Of a stretch of DNA of 64,000 nucleotides, positions 12,732 to 22,801 are shown piece after piece (positions within the stretch are counted from its first letter, which is position 1; each line of letters opens with the position of its first letter). The notes under the pieces were generated by a model. That model worked only from the letters and a program-made list of their open reading frames with translations. It did not search any database and was not told the origin of the DNA. A program made the position numbers and the translations under genes. This DNA comes from Dehalococcoidia bacterium (lineage in GTDB: Bacteria; Chloroflexota; Dehalococcoidia; UBA2979), in assembly GCA_965219085.1 (NCBI GenBank), contig OZ244720.1, positions 2,304,001 to 2,368,000 of the forward strand, read 5' to 3'.

Positions 12732-14054
12732 CTACCCGCTCCCGACGATCGCTTCGAGGTCTTCCGGGGCCTTCGGAATCGCACCGGACAGCACGCGGTA
12801 GCCGTCGCGCGTGACCAGCACGTCGTCCTCGATGCGCACGCCGATGCCGCGCAGCCGCCGAGGCACGCCACGGATGCCGGGCGCGAAGTAGAGGCCCGGT
12901 TCCACCGTCAGCACCATGCCCGGCCGCAGCTCGACCGACTCCTCGCCCTCGCGGTAGCGGCCGACGTCGTGCACGTCCATGCCGAGCCAGTGCGAGGTGC
13001 CGTGCATGAAGAACGGCCCGAACGCGCGCTGCTCGATGAGCCCCGCGATGTCGCCGGACAGCACGCCGAGGTCGACGAGGCCCTCGGTGAGTACCTCGGC
13101 GGCCTTGTTATGCACGTCGTGGAAGCGCACGCCTGGCTTGATGAGCGCGGTCGCCTGCTCCTGTGCCTCCAGCACCAGTTCGTACACGTCGCGGGCGGCG
13201 GCGCGGAAGCGGCCGTCGACGGGGTAGGTGCGCGTAACGTCGGCGCCGTAGAAGTCGACCTCGGCGCCGGTGTCGACGAGCAGCAGCTCGTTGCGCGCCA
13301 TCTCGGCGCGGTTGGCGGTGTAGTGCAGCGTGCAGGCGTTCGCGCCGGCCGCGACGATCGAGGGGAAGCCGTCGCGCGGCGAGCCGAGCCGGCGGTACTC
13401 GGCCTCGAGGATCGCTTGCACCTCGTACTCATGCATGCCGGGCCGCGTCGCGCGCATCGCGGCCTCGATGCCGGCGCCGGTGATGTCGATCGCGCGCTGC
13501 AGGGCGGCGATCTCATCGCGCGACTTGATGACGCGCTGCGCCGCCACGAGCGGCGCGGGATCCATGATCGCCTCGATCGGGCGTGCGCCGCCCTGCGCGG
13601 CGGCGCGGCGCTGCGCCACGATCCGCGAGCACAGCCGCTCGACGCGCTCGTCGCTGCCGAGCGAGTAGTAGACGGTCCCCGCGCCCGCGAGCAGCTGCGG
13701 CAGCCGCCGTTCGAGCTCCTCGATCGGGTAGGCGGCGTCCGCGCCGAGCTCCTCGACGGCGCCGTCGACGCCGAGGCGGGCGCCCACCCAGACGGCCATC
13801 GCCGGGTCGTAGGGGCGCACGAAGAGCACGAACGGCTCGTCGTGGCCGGGCCTGAGCACGGCGACCGCGTCGGGCTCGTCGAAGCCGGTGAGGTAGTAGA
13901 ACGTCGAGGGCTGTCTGAACGGGTGCTCGACATCGCCGTTGCGCAGCGCGTCGTGCCCGGCCGCGAAGATCGCGGCGCTGCCCGGGCGGAGGCGTCGCAC
14001 CAGCCGCGACCGGCGTCGCGCGAAGGTCTCGGAGGGGAAGGCGTCGGAGGTCAT
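12732..14054 (-). CDS. pepP: Xaa-Pro aminopeptidase (aminopeptidase P)
   Basis: FRQPSTFYYLTG; DTGAE...ADVTRT; HGTSHWLGMDVHD; TVEPGLY; GVRIEDD. Confidence 0.95.
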   Translation of the reverse strand: MTSDAFPSETFARRRSRLVRRLRPGSAAIFAAGHDALRNGDVEHPFRQPSTFYYLTGFDEPDAVAVLRPGHDEPFVLFVRPYDPAMAVWVGARLGVDGAVEELGADAAYPIEELERRLPQLLAGAGTVYYSLGSDERVERLCSRIVAQRRAAAQGGARPIEAIMDPAPLVAAQRVIKSRDEIAALQRAIDITGAGIEAAMRATRPGMHEYEVQAILEAEYRRLGSPRDGFPSIVAAGANACTLHYTANRAEMARNELLLVDTGAEVDFYGADVTRTYPVDGRFRAAARDVYELVLEAQEQATALIKPGVRFHDVHNKAAEVLTEGLVDLGVLSGDIAGLIEQRAFGPFFMHGTSHWLGMDVHDVGRYREGEESVELRPGMVLTVEPGLYFAPGIRGVPRRLRGIGVRIEDDVLVTRDGYRVLSGAIPKAPEDLEAIVGSG

Positions 14055-15418
14055 CGCTCGCTGAGGCGCCCGCTGGCGGCGTACAGCATGACGAGGCCGA
14101 TGACGCCCGCCAGGACGGAGGCCACGAAGATCCCGACCTTTGCCTGTGTCAGCAGCAGCTCCGCCTCGAACGACAGCTCGGTCACGAACAGCGCCACGGT
14201 GAAGCCAATGCCGGCGATGAGGCCGACGGCGAACACGCCGAGCCAGGTCACGCCGGCGGGCAACTCGGCGCCGAGGCGCACCGCGATCCACGTCGCGAGC
14301 GTCACGCCGATCGGCTTCCCGACCAGCAGGCCGAGGCCGACCCCGAGCGCCAGCGAGGACGACGCTGCCTCCTCGAGCGCGCCGCCGCGCAGGTCAACGC
14401 CCGCGTTGGTGAAGGCGAAGAGCGGCACCACGAGGAACGCGGACCACGGCAGCAGGCGGTGCTCGATGCGGTCGAGGGGGGAGATCGCCCGCTCGCTGAG
14501 GTCGGTGAGCGTCAGCAACGCGCCCACCCGGTCCTGGCGTCTGCGCTCCTCGTCCTCCTCGCGTTCGGTGTCGCGGATGCGCCGCACCAGCGCCTCGATG
14601 AGGTCGGGCAGGGCGGCGCTGCGATACCACGGCTGCAGCGGCGTCATGATGCCGAGTGCGACGCCGAGGATCGTCGGATGGATGCCCGAATCGTGTGTCG
14701 TGATCCAGGCGAAGAGGCCGACCACGACATACAGCGGCAACAGCGTGATGCCGTTGACGTTCATCAGGAACATGAGCGCGAGCAGCCCGACCGTGAGCCC
14801 CAGCGCCGTGAGGTCGATGGTCTCCGTGTAGAAGACGGCGATCACGGCGATCGCCCCGATGTCGTCGACGATCGCGAGCGCGAGCAGCAGCACCTTGAGG
14901 CCCGCGGGCACCCTCGAGCCGACGATGGTGATGACGCCGACGGCGATGGCGATGTCGGTGGCCATCGGGATGGCCCAGCCGTCACGGGCGATGGGGTCCT
15001 GGACGATGGCGAAGAAGATGATGACCGGGACGACCATTCCGCCGGCCGCCGCCGCGATCGGCGCCCACACCTTGCGCCCGCCCGCCAACTCCCCGGCGAC
15101 GACCTCGCGCTTGATCTCGAGGCCGACGACGAAGAAGAAGATCACCATCAGGCCGTCGTTGACCCAGTGCTTCAGCCCGGTGTCGAGGTGGAAGAAGCCG
15201 AGGTCAATGGCGATGTGGTAGTCGATGAAGTCGCCGTAGAGGTCTGACAGCGGCGTGTTCGCCGCGATCATCGCGAAGATCACGGCGATGACGATGGCGA
15301 TGCCGCTGCTCGCCTCGGTCTGACCGAACTCCTGGAACGGTCGCACCAGCCGGTGGATACGCTCGCGACGCGCGGCGCGGGCGGCGTTCAGCATCGTTTC
15401 GTCGATCGGTGTGGTCAT
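14051..15418 (-). CDS. nhaA: Na+/H+ antiporter NhaA
   Basis: WVNDGLM...FFFVVGLEIKRE; WAIPMATDIA; LAIVDD; GIGFTVALF. Confidence 0.95.
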   Translation of the reverse strand: MTTPIDETMLNAARAARRERIHRLVRPFQEFGQTEASSGIAIVIAVIFAMIAANTPLSDLYGDFIDYHIAIDLGFFHLDTGLKHWVNDGLMVIFFFVVGLEIKREVVAGELAGGRKVWAPIAAAAGGMVVPVIIFFAIVQDPIARDGWAIPMATDIAIAVGVITIVGSRVPAGLKVLLLALAIVDDIGAIAVIAVFYTETIDLTALGLTVGLLALMFLMNVNGITLLPLYVVVGLFAWITTHDSGIHPTILGVALGIMTPLQPWYRSAALPDLIEALVRRIRDTEREEDEERRRQDRVGALLTLTDLSERAISPLDRIEHRLLPWSAFLVVPLFAFTNAGVDLRGGALEEAASSSLALGVGLGLLVGKPIGVTLATWIAVRLGAELPAGVTWLGVFAVGLIAGIGFTVALFVTELSFEAELLLTQAKVGIFVASVLAGVIGLVMLYAASGRLSER

Positions 15419-15496
15419 GGCGCCCGCCTCACGCCGGTGGGACCGGCCGCGCGGGCGTGCTCGCCACCGCGGGGCCGACGGTCGAGGCGCGCAATG

Positions 15497-15709
15497 CTAG
15501 CCGCGCGGTGCGCCCGGCAGGCGGTAGACCCGCTTGCTGCCGTCGCTCCCGACGATGACGCGGCCCTCGCGCTTCAGCACGCGCAGCGCCGAGGCGAGGT
15601 GCGCGCCGCTCAGGTCCGGGATCTGCTTGGCGAGCTGCGGCTTGGTCTTCTGCTCGCCGTCAGCCAGCGCCTCCATGATCTGCTCCTGGAGCTCCGCGAC
15701 GACCGCCAT
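15497..15709 (-). CDS. Small winged-helix protein, hypothetical
   Basis: 70 aa with HTH-wing pattern (TKPQLAKQI...LASALRVLKREGRV...VYRL); GGAG RBS upstream. Confidence 0.6.
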   Translation of the reverse strand: MAVVAELQEQIMEALADGEQKTKPQLAKQIPDLSGAHLASALRVLKREGRVIVGSDGSKRVYRLPGAPRG

Positions 15710-15814
15710 GCCATGTCTCCCGTGTACGCCGTGCTTGTTTCGCGGCTCACAGTCTGCCGGAGCCGCGCCGGGCGATCCACTGCCTCAGCGCCACCCCGCG
15801 GCTCTCGTGCAGCG

Positions 15815-15889
15815 TGGTGCCCCCGGGAGGATTCGAACCTCCGCACAGGGATTAGGAATCCCTTGCTCTATCCCCTGAGCTACGGGGGC
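15815..15889 (-). tRNA. tRNA-Arg(CCT)
   Basis: Cloverleaf GCCCCCG...AGGGA-TTCCTAA-TCCCT...TTCGAAT...CCA. Confidence 0.93.
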
Positions 15890-15971
15890 GCGGTGCGCTG
15901 CGATCGACTCACGGCGGACGTGGCGGCCTCGAGCGGGTGGCCGGCACGCCCGTCTGCAGGGCAACCGGGGT

Positions 15972-16370
15972 TCAGCCCGTCGCGCTGCCGCTCTCGGCCT
16001 GCGACACCGGGACGAAGCGCATCGACAGCGAGTTGACGCAGTGGCGCGTGTTCTTCGCCGTGAGCCGCTCGCCCATGAAGACGTGGCCGAGGTGGCCGCC
16101 GCAGCTCACGCACTCGATCTCGATGCGGGAGCCGTCCGGGTCGGGCAGCTGCCGCACGGCGCCGGGCACCTCGTCGTCGAAGGCGGGCCAGCCACAGTGC
16201 GCGTTGAACTTGTCCTCGGAGCGGTAGAGCGCGGCGTTGCAGCGGCGACAGATGTACGTGCCGGACTCGTAGAAGTCGTCGTACTCCCCGCTGAAGGGCG
16301 GCTCCGTGCCCTTGCTCTCGATGACGTATCGCTCCATCGGGTTGAGCTCGTTGTGCTTCGTCGTCGTCAT
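15972..16370 (-). CDS. msrB: Peptide methionine-(R)-sulfoxide reductase
   Basis: GTEPPFSG; CxxC pairs; GWPAF; GHLGHVF; RHCVNS. Confidence 0.96.
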   Translation of the reverse strand: MTTTKHNELNPMERYVIESKGTEPPFSGEYDDFYESGTYICRRCNAALYRSEDKFNAHCGWPAFDDEVPGAVRQLPDPDGSRIEIECVSCGGHLGHVFMGERLTAKNTRHCVNSLSMRFVPVSQAESGSATG

Positions 16371-16457
16371 GCCCTCGGTCCCTCCATGGATCTCTGGATC
16401 CAGTGTACGGCTGCGCGGTCTCCGCGGCGCACATCGAGGACTCCTGCGGGCCGATCG

Positions 16458-17651
16458 TCAGCGCGGCTGCAGCTCGATGCCGCCGGGCGAGTCGGGGTCG
16501 ACGACGAGCGCGGCGTCGCCGCGCAGCCAGCTCACGATCGCGTGGCCGACGAGGTCGCCGCGCCAGCCGCTCAGCAGCGGCAGGTCGGGCGGCGCGTCGC
16601 GGTCGCCCTCGAGCCACCAGCGCACGACCGCCTCGATGTCGCTGCGCGGCCCGACGAAGCGCGGCGCGACGTTCGCGGAGAGCGCGCGCGCCCGCACGAG
16701 CCCGTGGAGGGCCGCCGCCCAGACCTCGCCCTGGGGCGGCAGCGGCTTGCGCGCCTGGTCACGCTCCGGCGGGTCGTCGCGGCCATCGCGGATGGCGCGG
16801 ATCAGCGCGGCGCCGTGGCGGCGCACCAGCCCCGCTTCGACACCGCGCACCGAGCGCAGGCCATCCTCGGAGCCGGGCGCGGCGCGCGCCAGTTCGATCA
16901 GCGAGCGGTCGTTGAGCACGCGCGAGGGCGGCCGGTTGGCGCGCAGCGCCTCGCGCTCACGCCAGGCGGCGAGTTGCCGCAGGGCGCCGAGGGGTCGCGA
17001 GCGCAGCCCGGACCAGCCCTTGACGCGCCGGTACGCCTCCTCGGGCGGTGGCCGGTTCCATGCCGTCTCGGCGAGGCGGTCGCACTCCTCGAACACCGGC
17101 TGCAGCCGGCCGTCGGCGGTGAGCGCGGCGCGCTGCCGCTCCCAGATCGTGCCGAGGTAGCGCACGTCGTCGAGCGCGTATGTAAGCTGCTCGTCGGTGA
17201 GCGGGCGCCGCAGCCATTCGGTGTACTGCGAGCCCTTCTCGAGGTGCACGCCGATGGTGCTCTCGACGAGCGGCGCGTACCCGATCTGGTCGCCGTAGCC
17301 GAGGAACGCCGCGGCGATCTGCGTGTCGCGGAGGCTGCGCGCACGCACCGAGAAGCGGTGCGCGAGGATCGCGAGGTCGCCCTGCGCCGCGTGCGTGACC
17401 GTCTCGATCTCTTCGACGCCCACGAGCGTGAGCACGGGCGAGGGGTCGACCGCGAGCGGGTCGATGGCCGCGACCTCGAGGGCGTCGGTCCCGCCGCCGC
17501 CGTCCCACCCGACCTGCACAAGGCCGAGTTCCGGCACGTAGCGGTTCTCCGGCACGAATTCGAGGTCGAGCGTGAAGGCGCCGGCGGCGCGGATCGCCTC
17601 GGCGACCGCGGCGACGCCGTCCTCGGTGGTGACGAGCGCGCCGTCAGGCAG
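16458..17651 (-). CDS. rnd: Ribonuclease D (start codon uncertain; CTG assumed)
   Basis: DLEF, DTQIAA, WLRRPL...YALDDV and HRDC domain; no in-frame ATG/GTG/TTG between the tRNA-Ala 3' end and the conserved N-terminus. Confidence 0.88.
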   Translation of the reverse strand: MPDGALVTTEDGVAAVAEAIRAAGAFTLDLEFVPENRYVPELGLVQVGWDGGGGTDALEVAAIDPLAVDPSPVLTLVGVEEIETVTHAAQGDLAILAHRFSVRARSLRDTQIAAAFLGYGDQIGYAPLVESTIGVHLEKGSQYTEWLRRPLTDEQLTYALDDVRYLGTIWERQRAALTADGRLQPVFEECDRLAETAWNRPPPEEAYRRVKGWSGLRSRPLGALRQLAAWREREALRANRPPSRVLNDRSLIELARAAPGSEDGLRSVRGVEAGLVRRHGAALIRAIRDGRDDPPERDQARKPLPPQGEVWAAALHGLVRARALSANVAPRFVGPRSDIEAVVRWWLEGDRDAPPDLPLLSGWRGDLVGHAIVSWLRGDAALVVDPDSPGGIELQPR

Positions 17652-17674
17652 GCCGGATGCGTGTGTGGAGTGGG

Positions 17675-17750
17675 TGGTGGAGGCGAGGGGACTCGAACCC
17701 CTGACCTCGGCATTGCGAACGCCGCGCTCTCCCAACTGAGCTACGCCCCC
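17675..17750 (-). tRNA. tRNA-Ala(CGC)
   Basis: 76-nt cloverleaf, G3:U70 pair, anticodon loop TTCGCAA, encoded CCA. Confidence 0.95.
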
Positions 17751-17896
17751 ACGACCAGCAGTACGCCGAGACGCCCAGGTGGCGTCGCGGTGTACGCCAA
17801 TCGAGTATGGAACGCGCGACCCGGAGCGGCAACGCGGCGGGCTCGAACGCGGCGCGCCTTCGGGCGTACGCTGGGTAGTGCAGCCGAGAGCCTGAG

Positions 17897-18164
17897 CATG
17901 GTTACCGTCAATGTCCGCGACGCCAGCACTCACCTGTCACACGTGATCGCGCGAGCCGAAGCGGGCGAAGAGATCGTCATTACCCGCAATGGCGCCCCGG
18001 TCGTGCGCCTGACACCCGTTTCGCCGCGCGGACAGCGCGGACCCCGCGAGCCAGGTTCGTGGAAGGGCCGCATCTTCATCGATGACAGCTTCTTCGACCC
18101 GTTGCCGGACGAGGAGCTGGCGGCGTGGGACGGGCGTGCCGCAGGTGACGCACCGTCGCGCTGA
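17897..18164 (+). CDS. Phd/YefM family antitoxin (no intact toxin downstream)
   Basis: MVTVNVRDASTHLS..I.RAEAGEEIVITRNGAPV...PG..KG.I.IDDSFFDPLP. Confidence 0.85.
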
Positions 18165-18198
18165 CGAACTGCGCTTGCTCGCGGCCGCGAGCCCCGGC

Positions 18199-18816
18199 TC
18201 ACTCCTCCGAGTCGCCGTCGAGGAGCCCCGGCAGCAGTTCCACCACCATGCGCCCGCCCTCGGGATCGACCTCGACGACCACGTCGGCGATCGCGGGCAG
18301 CAGCAGGTCGCGCTCGCCGCGTCGGCGCACGATGTAGACGTCGTTCGCGCCGGTGCGCAGCACCTCCGCGAGCGCGCCGATGCGGTCCCCGCCGGTGTTC
18401 ACCACTTCGAGGCCGATGAGGTCGTGGACGTAGAACTCGCCCTCGGCGAGCTTGGGGAGCTCCGCTTCCTCGATCTCGATCAGCGTGCCCCGTAGCGCAT
18501 TGGCGGCGTGCGGATCCTCGTACCCCTCGAACATGACGCACGGGTAGCCCTTCGGGTAGCGGACATCGAGGACCGTGCGCGGCTCACCGCGGACCAGCAG
18601 GATCGCGCCCGGCTGGATGCGAGTGGGGTTCTGGGTGAGTGGTGTGACCTTGACGTGGCCGCGCAGGCCCCACGGCGAGTTGATGAGGCCGACGGCGACG
18701 CGGCCATGCCGCGGGGCGCGCTCCAGCGGGACGCGCCGCCGGGGAGGCGTGCGCGTGCGAGGTTTTGGCGGGCGCGCCGGCCTGGCGCGTCTGCGGCGGG
18801 CTGCCTGCCCGGCCAT
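18199..18816 (-). CDS. rimM: 16S rRNA processing protein RimM (start may be further downstream)
   Basis: WGLRGHVKV; EGEFYVHDLIGL; TGANDVY; synteny with rpsP and khpA. Confidence 0.92.
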   Translation of the reverse strand: MAGQAARRRRARPARPPKPRTRTPPRRRVPLERAPRHGRVAVGLINSPWGLRGHVKVTPLTQNPTRIQPGAILLVRGEPRTVLDVRYPKGYPCVMFEGYEDPHAANALRGTLIEIEEAELPKLAEGEFYVHDLIGLEVVNTGGDRIGALAEVLRTGANDVYIVRRRGERDLLLPAIADVVVEVDPEGGRMVVELLPGLLDGDSEE

Positions 18817-18822
18817 GGCGGG

Positions 18823-19050
18823 CTACTCGATGTTGAGGGAGGCGCGCACGCCCGCGCGGGTGCTGGCGACGTAGAGCAGCGAGCGCATGGCGTTGGCGAC
18901 GCGCCCGTCGCGGCCGATGATGCGGCCCTTGTCGTCGTCGGCGCACTGCACGTGGATCACGATGTGATCGCCGCGGTCCTCCTCCTCGACGACGACTTCC
19001 TCGGGCTGCGAGGCGATCGCGCGCACGAGGTACTCGATCAGTGAGACCAC
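18823..19050 (-). CDS. khpA: KH-domain RNA-binding protein
   Basis: DKGRIIGRDGR KH motif; lies between rpsP and rimM. Confidence 0.9.
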   Translation of the reverse strand: MVSLIEYLVRAIASQPEEVVVEEEDRGDHIVIHVQCADDDKGRIIGRDGRVANAMRSLLYVASTRAGVRASLNIE

Positions 19051-19053
19051 GGG

Positions 19054-19371
19054 TTAGTCCTCGCTCTCGGCGGCCGCGGCCGCCTCGCGCTCGGCGCGGC
19101 TGGGGTGCGTGAAGCGTTGCACCGGGGGTTCCTCGATCAGCCCCTGCTTGTGCAGCAGCCGATGGACCGTCTCGCTGGGCTTCGCGCCCTGCTCGAGCCA
19201 GTGGCGGACGCGCTCTTCCTTGAGCACGAGCTCCTTCTCGGCCGAGCGCGGGTTGTAGTGCCCGATGATCTCGACGAAGTCGCCGTCGCGCGGAGCGCGC
19301 TGGTCGGCGACGACGACGCGGTAGTAGGGGGCCTTCGATCGGCCGGTGCGGCGAAGCCGGATGCGGAGCAC
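19054..19371 (-). CDS. rpsP: 30S ribosomal protein S16
   Basis: RIRLRRTG...PYYRVVVAD...RDG...GHYNP. Confidence 0.97.
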   Translation of the reverse strand: MLRIRLRRTGRSKAPYYRVVVADQRAPRDGDFVEIIGHYNPRSAEKELVLKEERVRHWLEQGAKPSETVHRLLHKQGLIEEPPVQRFTHPSRAEREAAAAAESED

Positions 19372-19453
19372 GGAACCTCCAGGTGACGCTCGGCTGACGG
19401 CCCGCCGGGCGGGCAGGACGCCTGCGACAGGCTACCGCGCGCGCCTGCTAACG

Positions 19454-22400
19454 TCAGCAACGACGCCGCGCGACACTCGGGCGGGCGCGCGTCCCGTGGT
19501 CGGCGGCGTCAGAAGCGGAGCGCGGCCTGCCGCGCCGCTCCCGGCGGCTGACGCTCGTCGTCAGACGGGCTGGGCAGTTCGTCGGCGGTGAAGAGCGCCG
19601 AGCCGCAGACTTCGTCGAGCAGCACCGCGCCCCCGGCTGGAGCCGCACCGTCTCCTCCAACACCCAGAGCAGTTCGAGCAGTTCGCCGGCGAACTCCCAG
19701 CGATCAGGGCGGATCTCGTCAAGGTCCGAAGACTTCCGGCCCGAGCGATCGCGCTTGCGCCGGTCCAGCCACGACTTGACGACGTGCAGACCGGAGACGG
19801 AGTAGTCATAGACCTCCGGGCTGACGGGCGCGAACTCGCCGTCGCCGACGCGCAGCACGCGCTCGGCCTCGTCGTAGGAGTGGCCCTCCGGCAGCGGCGT
19901 CGGAGGCACCTCCTTCGTGTTGCGGGCCTCGCCGTGCGGGACGCCCGGCGGGCGACCGGGGCCGATGAAGCGCTCGCCGTAGGTGTGGAGGTGCAACAAG
20001 CGCTCGCCGAGGTCGGCGACGCGCGCGAACAGCGCGCCGTCCTTTGTGATCGGAAGCCGCGGCGGCGGCTGCTCCAGCTCGTCCCAGAAGCGCTCGACAT
20101 ACGAGGGTTGGGCGAGGATGCCGTAGGCGTATACGAACAGGCGCTCCGCCGTGGGGGGCCGCCCGTGCGCCTCGCCGATGCGCTCAAGGAGGCTCCCGGT
20201 GACGTTGGGCTCTGTCGCGTCCGCGTCGCGGTACAGGGGAATGACGTCCTTCGCTCCGCGGCCGCAAAAGTGGTCGAGGTCCGGGATGGCAGCCGATGCG
20301 GTCGCCGCCGGACCTGTGCCGAGGACTTTGGTCAGTAAGCTAGTGACATAAACCTGTCGTTCGCTATGGGCGCGATGCAAGGCTGGGCGACAGAAGTCGC
20401 CCAGCCTTGCATCGCGCAAGATGTGCTGACGGTCCAAGGACCTGTAGGCGTACGGTGCTAGACCGGGCGGCGGTGAATCGCGACGAAGTGACGCGATGGA
20501 CGGTTCAGTACGGTCGCCCACGAGTGGTGGGTACTCGCGGCGAATCGTACGGTCCCGTGTCTCGCGGAATAGATCCGCTCGCCCATCCGTGGAGTGTTCG
20601 AGCAGTGCCCGCCACCGGTCTGTAAGCGCCTGTGGCGTCTCGGCTATCGGCCACGTTCGTTTGAACTGCATGCCCGAGTGCTGCCACGGGAAGACATCGA
20701 TGATCGCGGGCCAGTCGAAGTAGCCGCCGGGTTCGGCTGGCATGAACGGCGCATCCCACCCTTCCGCGCAGTCGCGCCAGTCGAGGTCGTCGAGCGATTC
20801 GGCGGCGTCGAGCGCGCCGAGCTTCTGCTGCTCGCTGCCGGTGAGCCGCACCCTGTGGATCTTCGCGGGCTCTGCAGGTTCGGGCTTGCCGTTGCGGACG
20901 CCGATGGCGATGGCGACGGGCGTTCGGATGGCGAAGACGTTCTCCGTCTTGCGCGCCCCGAGGCTGTCGCCCTCGAGATCGATGATCCACAACTCGTCGA
21001 ATACCTCGCGCATCTTACGGCGCATCCCGGCGAAGGCCGGGCCGCGCAGGTACGACGAGGCAGTGATGAACGTGACGATACCGGCGTCGTTCGTCGAATC
21101 GAGCACCTTCCAGAGCGCCCAGCGCCAGAAGTAGACGTAGTCGTTGTAGAGGTTCTTGAGGTGGACGCCGCCGCCAGCCTCGCGCACGGGGGCCAGGAAG
21201 TCCTCAAGCAGTGGGTCGGCGTCCTCGTCCTCGTCGCCGTAGCGTACCCATCCGCCTTTGCGGCGATCGGGGTCATCGTCCGGGCCGCGCTGCTCGCGGT
21301 CATACGGCGGATTGCCGAGGCAGACGAAGATGCGTGTCTCCCGCTTCACATCCCTCGCACGCTCGCGCTCGTCAGTGAGGGCCTTGTAGAGCACGCCTTC
21401 CGCCAGCCGCGACTGGACGTTCGGGGACTCCAGTGTGTCGGCGAGGTAGACGAGCGGGTTACGGTCGGTCACGCCCAGTTCGCGCAGCCGCTGGGTGAGG
21501 CGCAACTGTGCGACCGCGTAGGGCCCGACGAGGATCTCGAAGGCGTGCAGCCGCCCCGCCAGGTCGCGCAGCCGCCCCGGCACGCCGCCCTCGCCAAGCC
21601 GGTCGCGCGCCGCCTCCGCCGCGCGCTGGAGCACCGCGAGGGGGTACGTGCCCGTGCCGCAGGCCGGGTCGAGCACCTCGACGCCGTCGTCGGCGAACCC
21701 CATCGGCTTGTTGAAGCGGGTGCGCAGCAGCTCCTCCGCGAAGCGCACCTGCGCGCGCACGACCTCGACGGGCGTGAAGTAAACTCCTCGGTTCTTGCGC
21801 AGCTCCGCGTCGTACGCGCCAAGAAAGTGTTCGTAGAAATACAACCACGGGTCGCGGTCGATCTCCTCCGAGGGGTTGAATGCGCCTTGCCATCCGCGCC
21901 CGGCGAGCAAGGCGCGGGCCTCGACGACGCCGACGGCCCGCTCCAGCAGGTCGATCGGCATCGACAGCTCTTCGCGGGCCTCGCGGTTCTCCAGCAGGTC
22001 CAGGGCGGTCGCCAGCAGGTCGTGCTGCCGCTCCCGTAGCCGGTCCGAGGCGAGCGCCTGGCGGAGGTTCTCCGCGCCCTCGAAGCGCGCCAGCAGCAGC
22101 GCGTACGTCACCGTCTGAGCATAGGCGTCCGCGAATTGTGCCGCGTTCGCGTCCGCGAAGAGCACGCCGCGCCACTCGCCGGCGATCTGGCTGACCGCGC
22201 TGCCCTCGCGGTCGAGCGCCTCGTGCACCTCGTCGCGGAGCAGGCGGGCGAGCGGGGCGAGGAACTCGGCGAGCCCGCGCGCCGTTCGTGGCGTAATCGG
22301 CTCGTGCATCAGGAAGTCGCGCAGCAACCGTTCGAGCTTCGTCAGCGCCGCCGCGTTGAGGCCCATCGCGCCCTCAGCGCTCACGTCGTCGGCGATGCGC

Positions 22401-22801
22401 ACACGCTCGCCGACGGGCTCGCCGCTGCGGAACAGGCTCCACTCGGAGCCGTCGGTGTAGATCAGGTTGGGCAGCGCCTGGAATCGCACCCACTGCCGGT
22501 GATCGCGTCCGCGCAAGCGCTCCGGCCTCGCGCCGCGTCCCGGCGGCTTGAGTTCGACGTGGCCGCAAAGCAGGCCGTCGGCGGTGACGCCGAGGTCGGG
22601 CCGCCCGATGTGGCCCTCGGCGCGAGCCTCCGTGCGCGAGGCGACCTCGATGGCCCACGCGTCGCCGCAAGCGCGCAGTAACTCGCCGACGGGCGCCTTG
22701 AGCTGGTCCTCGGGTTGCGCCGTGACGGGCAGCGCGAAGTTCGCCGCTACGGCTGCAGCGAAGTCCCGGACGGCGTCCTCGAACGGCTGGCCGACTGTCA
22801 T
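19454..22801 (-). CDS. Type IIG/ISP-like fused restriction endonuclease-N6-adenine methyltransferase (probable frameshift near 19632; true stop probably at 19509)
   Basis: N-terminal PD...ELK nuclease motif; DPACGTG; NPPY; ISP-type C-terminal specificity domain; no helicase motifs seen. Confidence 0.85.
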   Translation of the reverse strand: MTVGQPFEDAVRDFAAAVAANFALPVTAQPEDQLKAPVGELLRACGDAWAIEVASRTEARAEGHIGRPDLGVTADGLLCGHVELKPPGRGARPERLRGRDHRQWVRFQALPNLIYTDGSEWSLFRSGEPVGERVRIADDVSAEGAMGLNAAALTKLERLLRDFLMHEPITPRTARGLAEFLAPLARLLRDEVHEALDREGSAVSQIAGEWRGVLFADANAAQFADAYAQTVTYALLLARFEGAENLRQALASDRLRERQHDLLATALDLLENREAREELSMPIDLLERAVGVVEARALLAGRGWQGAFNPSEEIDRDPWLYFYEHFLGAYDAELRKNRGVYFTPVEVVRAQVRFAEELLRTRFNKPMGFADDGVEVLDPACGTGTYPLAVLQRAAEAARDRLGEGGVPGRLRDLAGRLHAFEILVGPYAVAQLRLTQRLRELGVTDRNPLVYLADTLESPNVQSRLAEGVLYKALTDERERARDVKRETRIFVCLGNPPYDREQRGPDDDPDRRKGGWVRYGDEDEDADPLLEDFLAPVREAGGGVHLKNLYNDYVYFWRWALWKVLDSTNDAGIVTFITASSYLRGPAFAGMRRKMREVFDELWIIDLEGDSLGARKTENVFAIRTPVAIAIGVRNGKPEPAEPAKIHRVRLTGSEQQKLGALDAAESLDDLDWRDCAEGWDAPFMPAEPGGYFDWPAIIDVFPWQHSGMQFKRTWPIAETPQALTDRWRALLEHSTDGRADLFRETRDRTIRREYPPLVGDRTEPSIASLRRDSPPPGLAPYAYRSLDRQHILRDARLGDFCRPALHRAHSERQVYVTSLLTKVLGTGPAATASAAIPDLDHFCGRGAKDVIPLYRDADATEPNVTGSLLERIGEAHGRPPTAERLFVYAYGILAQPSYVERFWDELEQPPPRLPITKDGALFARVADLGERLLHLHTYGERFIGPGRPPGVPHGEARNTKEVPPTPLPEGHSYDEAERVLRVGDGEFAPVSPEVYDYSVSGLHVVKSWLDRRKRDRSGRKSSDLDEIRPDRWEFAGELLELLWVLEETVRLQPGARCCSTKSAARRSSPPTNCPARLTTSVSRRERRGRPRSASDAADHGTRARPSVARRRC

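Noticed and set aside
18165-18198. Remnant of a VapC toxin after phd (LRLL)
   Set aside because: Only four residues resemble a PIN N-terminus; insufficient evidence.
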